Below, piece after piece: positions 47,625 to 64,000 of a DNA stretch of 64,000 nt; the stretch's first letter is position 1; each line of letters starts with the position of its first letter. Below the pieces are notes generated by a model. The model saw nothing but the letters and a program-made list of their open reading frames with translations. It was not told the origin of the DNA and ran no database searches. The translations under genes and the position numbers were made by a program. This stretch comes from Phoronis australis (Eukaryota; Animalia; Phoronida). The stretch spans positions 1,152,737 through 1,216,736 of the forward strand of contig NMRA01000017.1 in the NCBI GenBank assembly GCA_002633005.1. The letters are read 5' to 3'.

Positions 47625-50600
47625 ATGCCGGGAACAACGGTATCGAGTACCACAAAATCGTCTTCGGGTCGTCGACGGATAAAGTTATTGAAGGTTTGCA
47701 ATTTCTACCTTTGCTTGTCTGTCAATTTGCTCTTAAATTCTCCAGTCTTAGGCCGCGGTGAGACAGGTGCTCGACTGAGACTGAGTCTGAGGTGCAGTGT
47801 ATTTCAAAAATTCATTAGAAACACGGTCCGTTCCATGGATTCTTGTACTTTTTCAATAGTCATGTACAAAAACCACAAAGGTCAACCAACAGCATGGTCA
47901 TGAATGCTAATCTTGTGAAGCAAAGTAATGACTACAAAGTCAAAGACACAATAGACATCAGCAATATCATTGACCTCAATGCCAATGGTGGCAATAGCAA
48001 CTATTTGAAGACTGATAGATAATTTGGCCTTTGGATGTATCACTATCAGTAAAGCTGGATAAAAGACTGCAATGTGAGAACACTTAATGGAGCAGGACCG
48101 CATATATCTGGCATTTGAAAAACACTCTTTGTCTATAGAGTTAAAACTAATAAAATAACAATAATAATAAATGATTGTAATATACTTTATTTATTTGAAA
48201 ATGATGAATGGAAAGCACAAACATGCATTTGCGATGATGTACACCAAGGTCATCGTGACTGAGTTTTAGATAATTAACCTGAGTGTAAAAAGTAAATTTA
48301 GATCTATACCTAATTAGCCTGAGTCTGTAGGCTACAATTTTGTTTCTTTCTGAGTCTGAAGAATCTGTAACTAAATTGCTGGCTGATGATGTAGGGAGTG
48401 AAAAAGTGACAATGACTTGCAGTTGGAGGGAGGGTGGTGATCCAGCTTAGATGGTACTAACTATTGCCATGGAAACTCTTCCCTTATCATTTGAAGAAAT
48501 CGATATCTGACGAGGTTACAAGTGTTGTAACCTGCCTTCCTTTTAAGAAACTAACTTTTGATTTAGGCCACTTACATTTACAACAAGCCTTTACTTGCTC
48601 CTTACTGTGATAGGATTGATTTCCTGGAAGAACTTCAACTTTTTGTTATATTGCCTGATGCCATCCTCAGCGTAAGAAATCTTGACCTGCCAAGTCAAGC
48701 CCACTTATCTGAATCAGTAGTCTTAAGGAGAAGAACAGTTTTTAACCTGGTTTTGAGCATAGTGGAAACTACCGTACACTACTTTCTGAAAAGAATATTC
48801 ATCATTGGATACTACCAGTCTCACATTCATAAATTTTGCTTTCTTTCAAATTAATTTGATTGCTGAGTGTTGTTTGTAAATCATGTGTCCTATAAATCAT
48901 TGTTTACAGTTATGTAAAACTACAATAGATGTGATTTTATATTTCTGTTCATTTTAGGATCGCAAAGTGAATGATGACCAGTTTATGGCTGCAGCCATTG
49001 GGGACCTGGAGTGGTTGAAACATGCTTTGAAGGAAAACAGAGGATTTATTGATTTTGATAATAATGTAAGTACCTAATGTAAGCAGATTAAATTGGAACA
49101 CATTTTCTTTTTTTGGCTGAAATTTGTAAAGAAAGATAGAACCTGATTATTAAATTTAGTGATGTTGATTATTTTTGTCTTCTTGTTTATAGACTATATA
49201 AATGATGTAATTGACATTTCTGATTTTATTTTCAAGTAAAATTCTCTGAAATATGAGGCAAGTTTTGTATAGAAAAGGATCAAAAATATGAAAATAGTTG
49301 GATTTATGTAATGAATTACTTGTGTTTTTAATTTCCAGTTATGACTGAATTACAATTTTCACGTTATATTTACTTATTATGACCTTACTTAATCTGCTTC
49401 ATGTTAGGGTTTGGCTCCAATCCACATTTCATCCATACATGGACGTTTTGACTGCCTCAAGTTTCTGGTGGAAAAGATGAAAATTGATATCAACCTGGCC
49501 AGTTCCACTGGTTGGCGCCCCATACACTTGGCCATCAGCAACCAGACAGGCAAGCGGTCAATCCAGTGTCTGGAATACATCATACAACAAGGAGGAGACC
49601 CAAACATGTGAGTGTTGCAAGGTGACACTGGCTGAATGATATTTGATGTATTTATTGCTAAAGAATCCCATGCTGAAAATTATATAGTTTATTTAATATT
49701 TCTAGTATAAGGTGATAAGATTCAAGATCTGTTTCGGAGATTATAAGGTTTAGAACTCTTTTTATTTGTAGAGAAGGCTCCATTTAAAAGAGATTTGTCA
49801 GATTCCATTTTGTTTCGGTTTTGCTACAAGCTACATTGCAGAATAAGATAGGAAATGAGTTGTTCAAAATGTCATTTATTAAGATGTTGATGTAGGAAGC
49901 GAAACAAAGCAAGATGAACATCAGAAAAAAAACTTCCAGGGCATGTATGCGTACAAATATCCCACAACAGAATGACTCAAGATTGATTTACAAAACACAT
50001 GTAGACTTGTTGAAATTGATAGAAAATTTACCTGAAAAATCCAAACAATTGTGATAGTTGCACTTAATGGCTGCTTAACTCACTTGGCTGTGTTATGATC
50101 ACAACTGTAATGCCCTCTTTCATTATCTATTCAGTGCCAATGAAGATGGAGTTACCCCAGTACACCAGGCTGCCAGTGAGGGTCATGTGCATTGTCTGAA
50201 GGCACTGGTAGAGGCTGGGGCTCTGGTTGATGCCAAAGATAGAAGAGGTCACCTGCCCATTGATTTGGCTAAGTTATGGGGGCATAGGAAATGTGCTAGG
50301 TATGTTGTAGCACAATTCAACTGTCGGTCAGAACTTTCTGTAATTGTTGCATAATGTTATTTCCCATTATCGGTGTTTGTGCATCATCATGTCTGTATAA
50401 TTATTATACATAAATTTTTTGAGTTATTGCATTGTTTTGGGTCTGGTGAAAATAGCCAATCTTAGAAAAATAAAAAAAATCTTTTCGATGTAAAAATTTT
50501 ACATTTTTTTCTGGTGAGTTTCAGTGTCCCATGTTGGATAAATCATTTTAAGGTAAGATTTTAAATTGTTGTTATTGAAATTGCCCTGGGATTTGACAAG

Positions 50601-53600
50601 TTTGTTGAAACTAAGATACATGTTTATCGTCTATTCAGTTTCTTTATGAATTTCTAATGTGTTTGCAGAATATTGGCTGCTGAAATGTGGCATCAGAGCA
50701 AGGAATATGTTGCTATGGAGATGGCCCATTTGAAGAAGGTCAAGATGCAGCAGGCACTCCGTGACCTGGCAGAAGAAGAGGAACGAAAGGCTGAACATGA
50801 GTTTTATGGGGCTCTGGCTTTTAGGTGGGTTCAAGACGCATTATTTAGTACACCTGGGCCCAGGGTCAGTGATTGTCACATATAACGTGCACGCATATTG
50901 ACAACCAAATTTCGCCACTGAATAATGGGTATCAAACTGTTGGTTCTGAAGTGTGGGCATGTTATCTCTGACCCCGGGGTCTAATCTTTTAAGTCGGAAT
51001 CAAACTTGACATTTTTTTTATTTTTGTTACTGCAAACTCAGGATAATTGTTCATTATCCTGACCTCAAGTATATTATGGTTTAAGCAGGTGAGTGTCTAG
51101 TACAAGTTTGCACTTGATGACCTTATGAGATAAGCTACAAATTTGAGTAGAAACTCGAGATTTTGACTACAAGCTCGAGATTCCAGGTTCAGGCTCAAAC
51201 TTTAATGCTGGTGCCATTAAGTGCAAAACGGACTTAATAGTACTGATGTCATTGAGTGCAAAACAGACTTGCACAATCAGTCATGTAAACCGTAATATAC
51301 AAGGCTTGGAATTTTCTGTGGAAACGTGGATTTCCTCTTTTTTCAAATGTTCTGTATTTTATTATATTTCTGCGTAAAAAAACGGATTTGATATAAAATC
51401 TCCGTGGCAAATGTCTTTCTTACCGCGGTATTGCCGACGACTTTCACCTCGAAAAGCGGAAGTTGCTCTTTATGTTTCGGAAGAACATAAATTGTCAACA
51501 TTGCCGGAACATCTGAGATAGCGTGGTGGATTCTTCAATGGCGTCTCGTGTGATTGTAAACCGCTGTGACAAATACTACGACTCTGCAGCCAAAAATGTG
51601 TGTAGTGCGGGAGTGGACGGACGAGCTAAAAAGACGCAGATGGACGCTTCTGGAGGTGGTACCGTTTTTTTTTATTAGTCCTCCCAAATTTTGTCGGCAA
51701 AAGGTCCACATCGCCTATTTCAAGGCTGGGTGCGCGCATGTTTTGGGCCGTAAAAATTTCCGCTTTTTTGTCATTGGCCATTCCAAGCCCTGAATATACT
51801 CAAGTACAGAATTACAGACAATTATTTTGAGTTTGTATTCAAGAAGAATGGAAAATGCCAAAAATATTTTAAAGTTGGATTTTGAGTAAAAGGATGAGAC
51901 TGTTAATTACACTAGTCCTGGATAATATTAAGAATTTAAAACTAACAGGAATAACTTAATATTCTTGGTAAAATACAATGATTTGTTCTAGAGCACCTTT
52001 CTACCCACAGCTATGATAAAAGGTTGTAAGATACTGTGGCATTAATAAAGCCATAAATTTCTATGTTATAGCAGTTTGTTTTGATTTTAAGCAGAATTTA
52101 TATGGTTATAGAGCAAGTGACTTAAGGTTTAAAAACCTTAATTCAAAATGCACTGTTTAAAGACATATTTACATTTTGTATTTTGGTCCACTAACAATTC
52201 CTCATTCAAGTGTGATTTCTACAAAATATTGTTCCAAAAATTAGTAGCTAAACTTTGATTGCTGAGTTTTATGTTTTTTTCTGTATGGTTGATTCTAAGA
52301 TAATATATTCATTGCCCTGGTTTTTTCAGGCTTTTCAAAACAAAATTTCTTATCTTCTTAAACTCTAGCTGATAAAGAAAGTTTAGTTTTGGCATTAATA
52401 ATTCAGCTGTTACTCATTGTTTTAATGAGTGAAATTTATTCAGCAATTGAAAGATTTAGTTTACCTTCGAGTTTTGTCTATTTTAATTTGCAATTAATGA
52501 TCTGGCCAATAAAAAACAGTCTACTGATTTTTCTGTTTGTAAAGAAAACTAGTATTATTATTTACTGCATGTCCAGCTTTCAGTGACTATAAGTTTCATG
52601 TGACATACAGTTACAGCAATTCTGTTGTTATTGCAGCAACTGGTTGGATGACAGGAAGTTAGAGCCTAAACTGACAGGCCCTCGTAATAAGGAGGAGAGA
52701 AAACAGCTGGAGGAGGAGAAACGGAAGAAAGAGTTGGAGGCCAAGCGGAAAGGCAAGAAAGCAAAGCTTCAAGAACAGCATGCCCAGATAATGGAGCGAG
52801 AGATGTCTCGTGGTACAACTGACACTGGGTTACTGAGAGCCAATAGTATGCAACCAGAGATGGCATCAGAGTCACATGCTGGGGTTGAATCTTCGCAGAG
52901 CAGACGCGTTCAGGTGGCATCGCGTGCTGATGTAATAGAATTTGAGGATGATGGTACAATGAGATCGCGTGCCAATCGACCAATCTTTTCAAGAGAGACT
53001 ACACGCTCTGTACTGGACTTTGGATTACACGAAGGAAGTGAAAATAAAAAGAAAGAAACTGAAAATGAAGAGAAGCCAAGGGGGTTCAAGCCTCATGTTC
53101 CTGCTTACACAAATCCAGTGGACTGGAGGAAATATTCCAAACTCGATGAGAAGGAGTATGTCACCAATTTGAAGGACTGTTATCCAAGGGATTATTATTC
53201 ATCACTTCCCACTCACCAGTCTACGCCTGCTGAGCTGAGGTTGTATGGACCAGAAGCAGTGTTGTATGATGGAAATGGGCTAAAGAAGTTGAACATTAAT
53301 TTGGACAAGAAACTTCGCAAACCCGATCTTCCTAAAGATGTGATTGAAAAGCACCTCTCTAGAAATCCATTGAAACTTGAAAGGCCTGTTGTCCACATGT
53401 GTAAGAATATCATAGATGCGCAAGCAAGAAAGAAGTTTAAGTTAGAGGAAGTTATGCGATCGGAAGGTGCCATGCATCTTTCAAGTGATGTTGATTCAGA
53501 GTTGTTCAAAAATGCACTGCAAACAATTCCGAGCATTTCCGCTCGAACCAATCAAAGTTCTCGGTCTTCCAAGAGTACCTCTACCCTAAGCGCCTTGTCA

Positions 53601-53738
53601 GAAACCCCAAGTGATGCCAGTTTTAACATGGAACGCATGTTACAAAGTCTGAAAAGTCTTTCTAAGCCAACATATTACCCTGATATAAAGGGTGAAACCT
53701 TTGATATTAATTTTGGTCAGTATGTTGTTCCATCATAA
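47625..53738 (+). CDS. ANKRD53: Ankyrin repeat domain-containing protein 53 homologue, about 599 aa
   Basis: Exons 47625-47693 (probable first coding exon), 48958-49065, 49408-49607, 50135-50299, 50669-50824, 52637-53738, with consistent phases. Ankyrin repeats FMAAAIGDLEWLK, GLAPIHISSIHGRFDCLKFLVE, GWRPIHLAI, GVTPVHQAASEGHVHCLKALVEAGA are followed by PIDLAKLWGHRKCARILAAEMWHQSKEYVAMEM, like recalled human ANKRD53 (PIDFCKIWNHRACARFLKDAMWKKDK). Convergent with TEX261 as in human. Confidence 0.87.
50968..51900. mobile_element. Decayed relative of the 28116-28523 MITE, interrupted by a younger insertion
   Basis: CTGACCCCGGGGTCTAATCTTT resembles the 28116 TIR. GCTACAAATTTGAGTAGAAACTC resembles 28294-28316, and similarity resumes after 51799 (CTCAAGTACAGAAT..TTGAGTT). 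Confidence 0.55.
51300..51792. mobile_element. Nested CpG-rich TIR element
   Basis: Ends CAAGGCTTGGAAT ... ATTCCAAGCCCTG; AATATA is duplicated at 51294-51299 and 51793-51798. Confidence 0.75.
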
Positions 53739-55988
53739 TCATATGACAAGTGACATTCGGTCTGTGTCGGCAACCTTTGGGGAATGCCTCCATATCTCTT
53801 ACTTGAACCATGATGCGTGCCCCAATGATGACAATCTGGTTAAGGGGCTGTACTATTCATTGTCAAGTCCAGAATGTAAAGAACATCAGACTTTAGGCGA
53901 GACTTGGCAGCAGTCACTTATAGGGTTCCTAGATTTGATAACCAGTTGGATACCCACGATTCTTTGTAGAAAACTGGTCCTCAAAACGCAGGACGCTGTA
54001 AGTGACTATTACCGAGACACTATTTGAAAAATAATTACCAATCTTTGATTATGTATTCAGACAACTTTCAAATTTCATGTAGTGATTGGTCAATTGTTTA
54101 GATGTCTCAAGCAAATTTGCTTGTCATGTACCCAGGTAATTGTGTGTGAATTTCAAATAGTTTGCCATCTGTCACTTCGCTGTTATGATTACTTTTTGAA
54201 ACATGCATGGCACGGGGGATCAAAGGTTTATCGCCTTAAACATTGGCATAGTGAATATTGTAATAGCTTGTTGTAATATCTTCAACTCTTGAGGTCCCAC
54301 CATGAAAACATTTTTGCACTGCAAGTGTGGAATGGTTTTGTTCTTGGCTGTGCTTTGTAAACATGGCAATACAGTACAGTAATTCTTGGCCTATTTAGCT
54401 CAAAATTTGGCCATCAAGTGAAATTTTCTAATTTCTCTACTGAATTAAAGATTAAAGAGGTATGGAATGTGAAAGCTTGTCAAAATATTTTTTAAACAAT
54501 TCCTGACAAAAGTACCATCTCGCAACATGTAGTACAGAGTAATCCACTTTCCCCTGTCAGGAAATTTCCAGAAAACATTGCACAATTCACGATTTAAATA
54601 ATACGCGCGATGGAAAACTGTGGTTACCACAGAGTTTCTAATCTCCTTCAAATTTATGATAAATGTGCTGTCAGGTGCTTGAAGTAGCTTGATGTCAAAG
54701 GTCACATTTTCCATACAAGGGAAATGTGCTACGTCTATGTCTTGCCGTACCAAATAAGGAGATATGCTTTGCCTTGTGGGAGAAAAATTAACGAAGTAGC
54801 GAGCAGTTGACAGATCGTTTTTTGAAATTTGAAACCAAAAGAGAATGCTTTGATATCAACAGAAATTAATAATCTTTACGAACAAACCCTAAAAATACCC
54901 TGTGAGCAGGTTGAGGACCACTTTCAATATTGGAATTTAGTATTTTTATCGCGTTCCAGGCCTCTTAATCAATTGCTAGCATGGTTTGTACTTTGTAGAT
55001 GTCATTAAACATTTGGTAAGATTTCTTTTACTTGCTTTAAGGTAATCAGCTCGTGACAAAATGCCAGTTTCTTTTGTGCCAAACAAGTGGAGAATTGACA
55101 TGTCTATTTACAAGCTTCTTTCATTGCAGACATTGTAGACAGCAGTGGCTACCACGTCTGTGCACTATGTACTTAAGCTATGCTGTTTAGCATGTTTGTG
55201 TCGAGTTGCTAATTGAGACATATTGTGTATAATTATGTTGCTGTAATTTTTCTCATGTACATTTATTTCTGTCTCCTTTTTAGACACCCACTGCACTGTT
55301 TGTATGACATGTATAAGGACTAGGGTGCTTTGTTCGAGCAATAAAGCTCGCTTAGCCAACCTTCAGTGCCACACCAAAGCTTCGTTTGATTATTTGCCTT
55401 AGTAGCATTTGTGCTGTGAATGTCCATTTCGTTTATTGACTTACGGCGGAATATTGTGTTGGAAAGAATTATTGGAATTACACTAGTTTTCCTTGGTCTT
55501 TTTAATGATCTAAATTCTGAAAAATTTTTTTTTTTGCTAAAAAGATCTACATACCATTTCTTATACATTTAGATAGTTATCTTGCAGCTGCTTTTTGCCT
55601 CTTACACCAATGCATGCTTGTGATATGCACTTTTTTTAGTAGGATTGATGCGAGATATTGACATTTTTTGTTTCAAATGTCAAGGTTTTAGAATCAACTT
55701 ACTTAGAAATTATTTCTGTATGCATTTTATAGATTTCAGTAAACCTGTATCAGGTTCAATGATTTCCTTTTTAATATCTTTGCTGCATTTGACAATCCTC
55801 ATTTATAATTTCACTGATGTGAAACTTGGGCGATTTATTTCATGCTCATTGCAGTTTTGTTGTAGTGAATTACTGTTTTATATCAAACTGTCTTGGAGGT
55901 TTATACATTTAAAATCATTCTTGTTCTAAATTTTCTACTAGTACATTTTTAATGATGTTTGTGCTGGTTTAATACAATCTAAATATAG

Positions 55989-56025
55989 AATAAATGAGAT
56001 TTATTTACATTTTTTATTTTTTATT
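55989..56025. terminator. Candidate bidirectional polyadenylation signal cluster between ANKRD53 and TEX261
   Basis: AATAAA on + at 55989-55994, followed by TTTATT (AATAAA on -) at 56000, 56013 and 56020, between the convergent stop codons. Confidence 0.35.
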
Positions 56026-56409
56026 TGTAGTTTGTCAATCTTTGGCCAATATCAGTACATGGTATTTACCTCAAACATTTCCCCAATGGTCTGCTCAAGA
56101 GGGCGAGTTTTCTTAATCTGTTGTATAGATTGGGTATTAATAATGGCATTTTTTACAAAAAACACACATTCATAGCCTACTGTAAACTTACAGTCAACCA
56201 TGACTTCCAACTTTAATTTACCACTGAAGGTAATGTGGACCTAATCCTGTCTGTGTATTTAGTCAAATATCTACAAAACTACAAAATTCTACTCTGAAAG
56301 GAAATATTTTCTGAAAGCCTGTAGATTTTTGACTTTTTAAGAGCCTGTCATTAATTGGGTCAGGTTAGGAAAAAACAAAGGTACATTGATAACAAAACAA
56401 TGGTATGAT

Positions 56410-56695
56410 AAAATGATCAAATTTCATTTGATATAAATGTTCCAGATGAAATCTAAAAAACGCTGTTAATGTTTTCTAAATTATCATTTTATAGTTTTAT
56501 GGTAAGTCCCAGTTTTTGATAGTCCCTTATAAAAAGTGGAGCATTTTAAAACAATTGCAAACAGTACATTGTGCAACAGTGAATAAAGCACGGTATCTCA
56601 ACATTTCATACGAATACCATCAGCCATGTCTGAGATATGATGTTCTGAAGTTAGCCAAATTTGGAAATGTTTCTGGGCTCCTACATAACCTTAAA
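56410..56695 (+). mobile_element. Dispersed repeat family C, copy 2
   Basis: Diverged direct copy of 16765-17070. Confidence 0.65.
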
Positions 56696-57077
56696 GACAT
56701 TTTGGAAAGAGAAATTTATAAAACAAAGATTTACAAAATGAAACTGGAGACCGGGTAAATGCATTAAACGCAATTGCAGGAAAAACCATATTCTGCAGTC
56801 ACTCTGGTGAACTGACCTCTGTTTACACATCACTTTCCAAAGCAAAGGAATGAATTCTACAAGAACTGTATACAAAGCATCATTAACTGTACACAATATA
56901 CATAGCACCAAAGCATGGTTGAACAAAAATACCGGAAATATCACAAAATTTGTGAAGCTTAATTAACCACACGCTAACAACTCAGTCCCCAAGTACATTC
57001 ATAATCGACGTACTGTGCACAAGCCACAACAGAAAAAATTATAAATCAACGTATATTATTGAGTTCCATTGAAGTGA

Positions 57078-57255
57078 TGAAAAATATTTAGTAAAGATTC
57101 CTTTTGGAAACAAATAACCATACCTTGACATGTTAAGTGTACAGCTGTTTCGTCCATATCTCAAGTACATGAGATATAAACAAAACAGCTGTACACTCAC
57201 CAAGTCAAAGTATGGTTCTCTGGTTCCAAAAGGGATCTTCACTCAACATTTTTCA
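57078..57255. repeat. ~180-bp imperfect palindrome (hairpin) downstream of the TEX261 stop
   Basis: TGAAAAAT..AAGATTCCTTTTGGAA..AACCATAC.TTGAC..AGTGTACAGCTGTTT..ATATCTCA is mirrored around a GTAC centre at about 57165. Confidence 0.85.
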
Positions 57256-58397
57256 GAAAAATTATATGTACTTATCCAAGATGTGTGCATTCACAAGGTG
57301 CAGTCACAGTGATATATACAGTGAATTGCAGCTAAAATCTTTCACTTATCCATCAGTTGGATAAAGCAGCAACAAAGGCCAATGTGGTTGCCAAGGCAAC
57401 AACTACATTCCAATACAATGAGGAATGATAAAACCACCAGATGATTCATGGACAGTCTACTTAGCAATATTCAAAGCAACTATAAAACTGTATTCCATCT
57501 AAGGAGTGAACTCTGACTTAGACCACTTACCAATACAAAATTAGTCTCAACTTGTTCCTTGCCCTGGATTTGCACAGAACCAATAGTTCGTTATTCCTGG
57601 AAATAATGCATCACATATAAAATAGCACACCATGAGACGCCAACTTGTACAGTCTGGTCTCAAGTAATACCAAACTGTTGGTTCTTTTGAAGACCTGAAA
57701 TCACCTATAATTTGACTAATGAACAATTATAACTCCAGACCACTTGGATAATGGTATGTGGTCTCTAAAGTTGAGTTTTGTGACGAATTGCCAGGTTTAT
57801 ATCTGCTTTAACCAAAACTTGTTAACATCAACTAAGGAATATAATACCTATCTGTGTTATTTAAAGGTATCCTCAGTGTGCTTAAATGCTACTCTGCAAT
57901 CAATCACACCAACTAACAATTGTCTCGTAATACAGATAAACCAAACTATCAGTTGATACACAATGTATAATCAATACGAGCACATTTTGCTTCACAAATT
58001 AATAACAGATCATGAGTCAGTAACCAACTAGAACTACAACACTGATTGTCCAACAGACCCACAGCCCCTCACTTTTCATGACCTTTACCAAAACCCTCAA
58101 CAAAGACTGCACTATAGTCCCCTGGTACTGGTATCTCACAAGCTAACTCTGGCCCATTAGTTTGCATGCAATCACAAGTGACAGAATGAGAAAACATGAA
58201 ACAATATCAGATTCCAACAACACAGTTGGGTACATCTCATTGCTGGCTCCAAAATGCCTGATGACATCCAAGCTCTTTAGAACACACCCAAGATGCTGAG
58301 TTAACAGAAGACCCAATCAACGATTCAACAAAAGCTTTGTTCATACTCCTAGGTCGCTGAACATATCATCCTTAGTACATGAGGAACAATGAGCTGG

Positions 58398-61870
<3,473 letters not shown>

Positions 61871-62684
61871 CTATAATAAAACAATAAATCAAGTGAATTT
61901 ATGGAAAGATACATGGATTTCACACAATATGCAATGTGTATACAGCCAGTTCATCAGGCAATCCTGTCAATCAAACAATGGAATTTAATAACATTTTGAA
62001 AGTTAGGACCTGAACAGTGTTCGCAACTCCAATCACACAAAGCGTCATCTACTTAATGTTCTCCAGATAACAGCCACTCAACAACTAGAGATCACTAAAA
62101 AATGACAAAATGGGTACATCTCCAACTTAAGATAAAACCCTGCTAGTACATTATTTTAAAACGAGGATATATTACACAGTGGTCTTCATAAGAAATTTTA
62201 TACCATGACAGAAATTTTCATTTGATGAACACCACATGGGAGGTACAAATTATGCAATTTTGCAGTCATCAAAACACCTTGGACAAGAAGAGGTATTTTA
62301 TCCATGTTTTCAAGTGAGTACGCAAACTAGAGTTACAAGAGTCTTGCTTTTCTGTGACACTTGTGCGCACAACAGTTTTTCTATTTTAGCCAGTAAGTGT
62401 CAACACAAGACGAAGACAAACACAAAATCAGTTTCTTTTAGATGCAAAATTAAGGTCATGACAACAAAAACTGAACACATTTACTAAAAAGTGTCTAGTT
62501 GTTCCCGCACTTTTTATCAAGAGGATTTTCTGACATTTCTTTAGTAGTATTCAACGCCAATATAGTGTCAATTTAATACTCTAGTACATAGTACTACTGT
62601 AGTGACAGTAACTGTAACTAAGTTGCTGATGACTTGGTGAGTAGCACAATGCACAAGTGTACACTTAAATTTCTCTTTCCGGTG

Positions 62685-63025
62685 TCATCTCCTTAGCGGT
62701 CGACTTGAAATGACCCGCCATTCTGCTCTGCTCTTTGCCTTTCTGATACATTCTTGCAGTGATAGATTCGTCCAGTCCTTGATGTCATCCATCCACATTC
62801 TGCGTTGTCTACCTCTTGTTGTCACCCTTCTGTTTTTCCTTCCACTATGTTCTTGCAGATGGTGTCATGCCTTTCAATGTGACCAAAGTATTTCAGTTTT
62901 CTTGTTTGGATTGTATTTAGGAGTGATGGTTTAATGTTGAGCAAGTTACAAACATCTTTGTTGGTCTTCCTTTCTGTCCAGCTGATTCTTGCCATCCATC
63001 TAAATGTCCACATTTCAAAGGCCCC
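62685..63025 (-). mobile_element. 5'-truncated RTE-clade LINE fragment (C-terminal end of ORF)
   Basis: AFEMWTFRWMARISWTERKTNKDV..LLNTIQTRKLKYFGHIERH..IVEGKTEG, then after a frameshift RGRQRRMWMDDIKDWT..RAEWR. This is the characteristic post-RT region of RTE-type non-LTR retrotransposons. Confidence 0.85.
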
Positions 63026-64000
63026 TAATTTCACCAATTTTAGATAAAAAAATAACTCAATTGCTTTTTTACCATTTTTCAACACATTCGTAAATACAAC
63101 ATTTTTTTCAAGATATTGTCTGAGGGTAGCTGTGGTACAAAACTTGAACATGGAAAAGCATTTAATTTGATGCTGAACCTGTTTCATGAAAAAATTATAA
63201 AATTTTATTTATAGTCCTATTGCGTCATCAATTGGTGATATTTAAGTACCAGTAAATGTACTTTTTGCCTACAAGCTGGGAGTTGGCCAAGGGCACAAAA
63301 GGTTTTCGTGCCCATCAAGCACGGAGCTGGCTGGGGACACAAAAAAATTTCATGCCCATAAGGCTAGTTAGCTGGGGAAACAACTGTTTGACTATGGAAA
63401 TGAATCATTGTTTGTACCCAAACTGTAGGGTTGGCTGGACTGAGATAAGAAAACTTGTTTGATAGAAGACATGTCGACTTGGCTATCGGAGGGCAAAGTG
63501 GGTGTGACCATGCATTAAACCCAGCATTCTGTCAAAAATCAGATTTTGATTTGGGCCATTTACCGTTATAAAATTGGTCTCAAATTGTTCCTTACGAAAA
63601 CTGAGTGTGGCTTCTGGACTTGATAAGAACTGACATTTTCTTACATTTTCAAACCAAGCTCGTGAAATTTCAGGTCACGCTGTTTGGTCTGAACTAATAT
63701 TTGTCAGTTCTTCCCAAGTCTACAGAGCACTTCAAATTTGAATATGGAACAAGACAACATACATGATGACGGTAAGTGGAGTGAATGAAAATTTAGGAAG
63801 TGCACTTTCAACAAATTCTTTATTAGGAATACAGGTACACAATGGACAACATATCATGTGAAAGATACCAAAACAGGCCAAAAGAAATGCACACAACTGA
63901 AAGTCATAAAGAAGTGCCAGATGATCACGCAGAGTTCACTATGCAAGAAGAAGTTTGACCCCAGACGTTATATTAACTCGAGTTTATATGAACTTACTAA

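Noticed and set aside
47709-47830. Alternative ENO4 5'-UTR exon inside ANKRD53 intron 1 (donor AAG|GTAGAA at 47708)
   Set aside because: It would imply overlapping transcripts, but the only support is one donor-like motif. The 47241 candidate fits the promoter motifs better.
52666-53551. Overlapping ORFs on other frames/strand of the ANKRD53 last exon
   Set aside because: Shadow ORFs of a real coding exon.

Overview
Intron-rich, AT-rich animal (invertebrate, plausibly non-vertebrate deuterostome) genomic DNA, not prokaryotic. Four spliced protein-coding genes were rebuilt by hand from GT-AG boundaries with consistent reading-frame phases. They are a shootin-1 (SHTN1) homologue on + (first exon outside the window, stop at 25932), an enolase-4 (ENO4) homologue on - (46428->30395, complete), an ANKRD53 homologue on + (47625->53738, complete) and a TEX261 homologue on - (first exon not found, stop at 58398). 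The order is SHTN1> <ENO4 | ANKRD53> <TEX261. In human the two halves of this block lie beside VAX1 (chr10q25) and VAX2 (chr2p13), so the window probably preserves a pre-genome-duplication gene cluster. ENO4 has lost most canonical enolase catalytic motifs and shares a short divergent promoter, containing an RFX X-box, with ANKRD53. An ENO4 intron holds a frameshifted FASTK-like gene fragment. Introns contain many non-autonomous elements (tRNA-SINE, HINE-like element, nested MITEs, foldbacks, RTE LINE fragment), minisatellites, candidate microexons, and one haplotype-type false duplication at the N at 20810. Homology calls rest on recalled protein sequences, not database searches.
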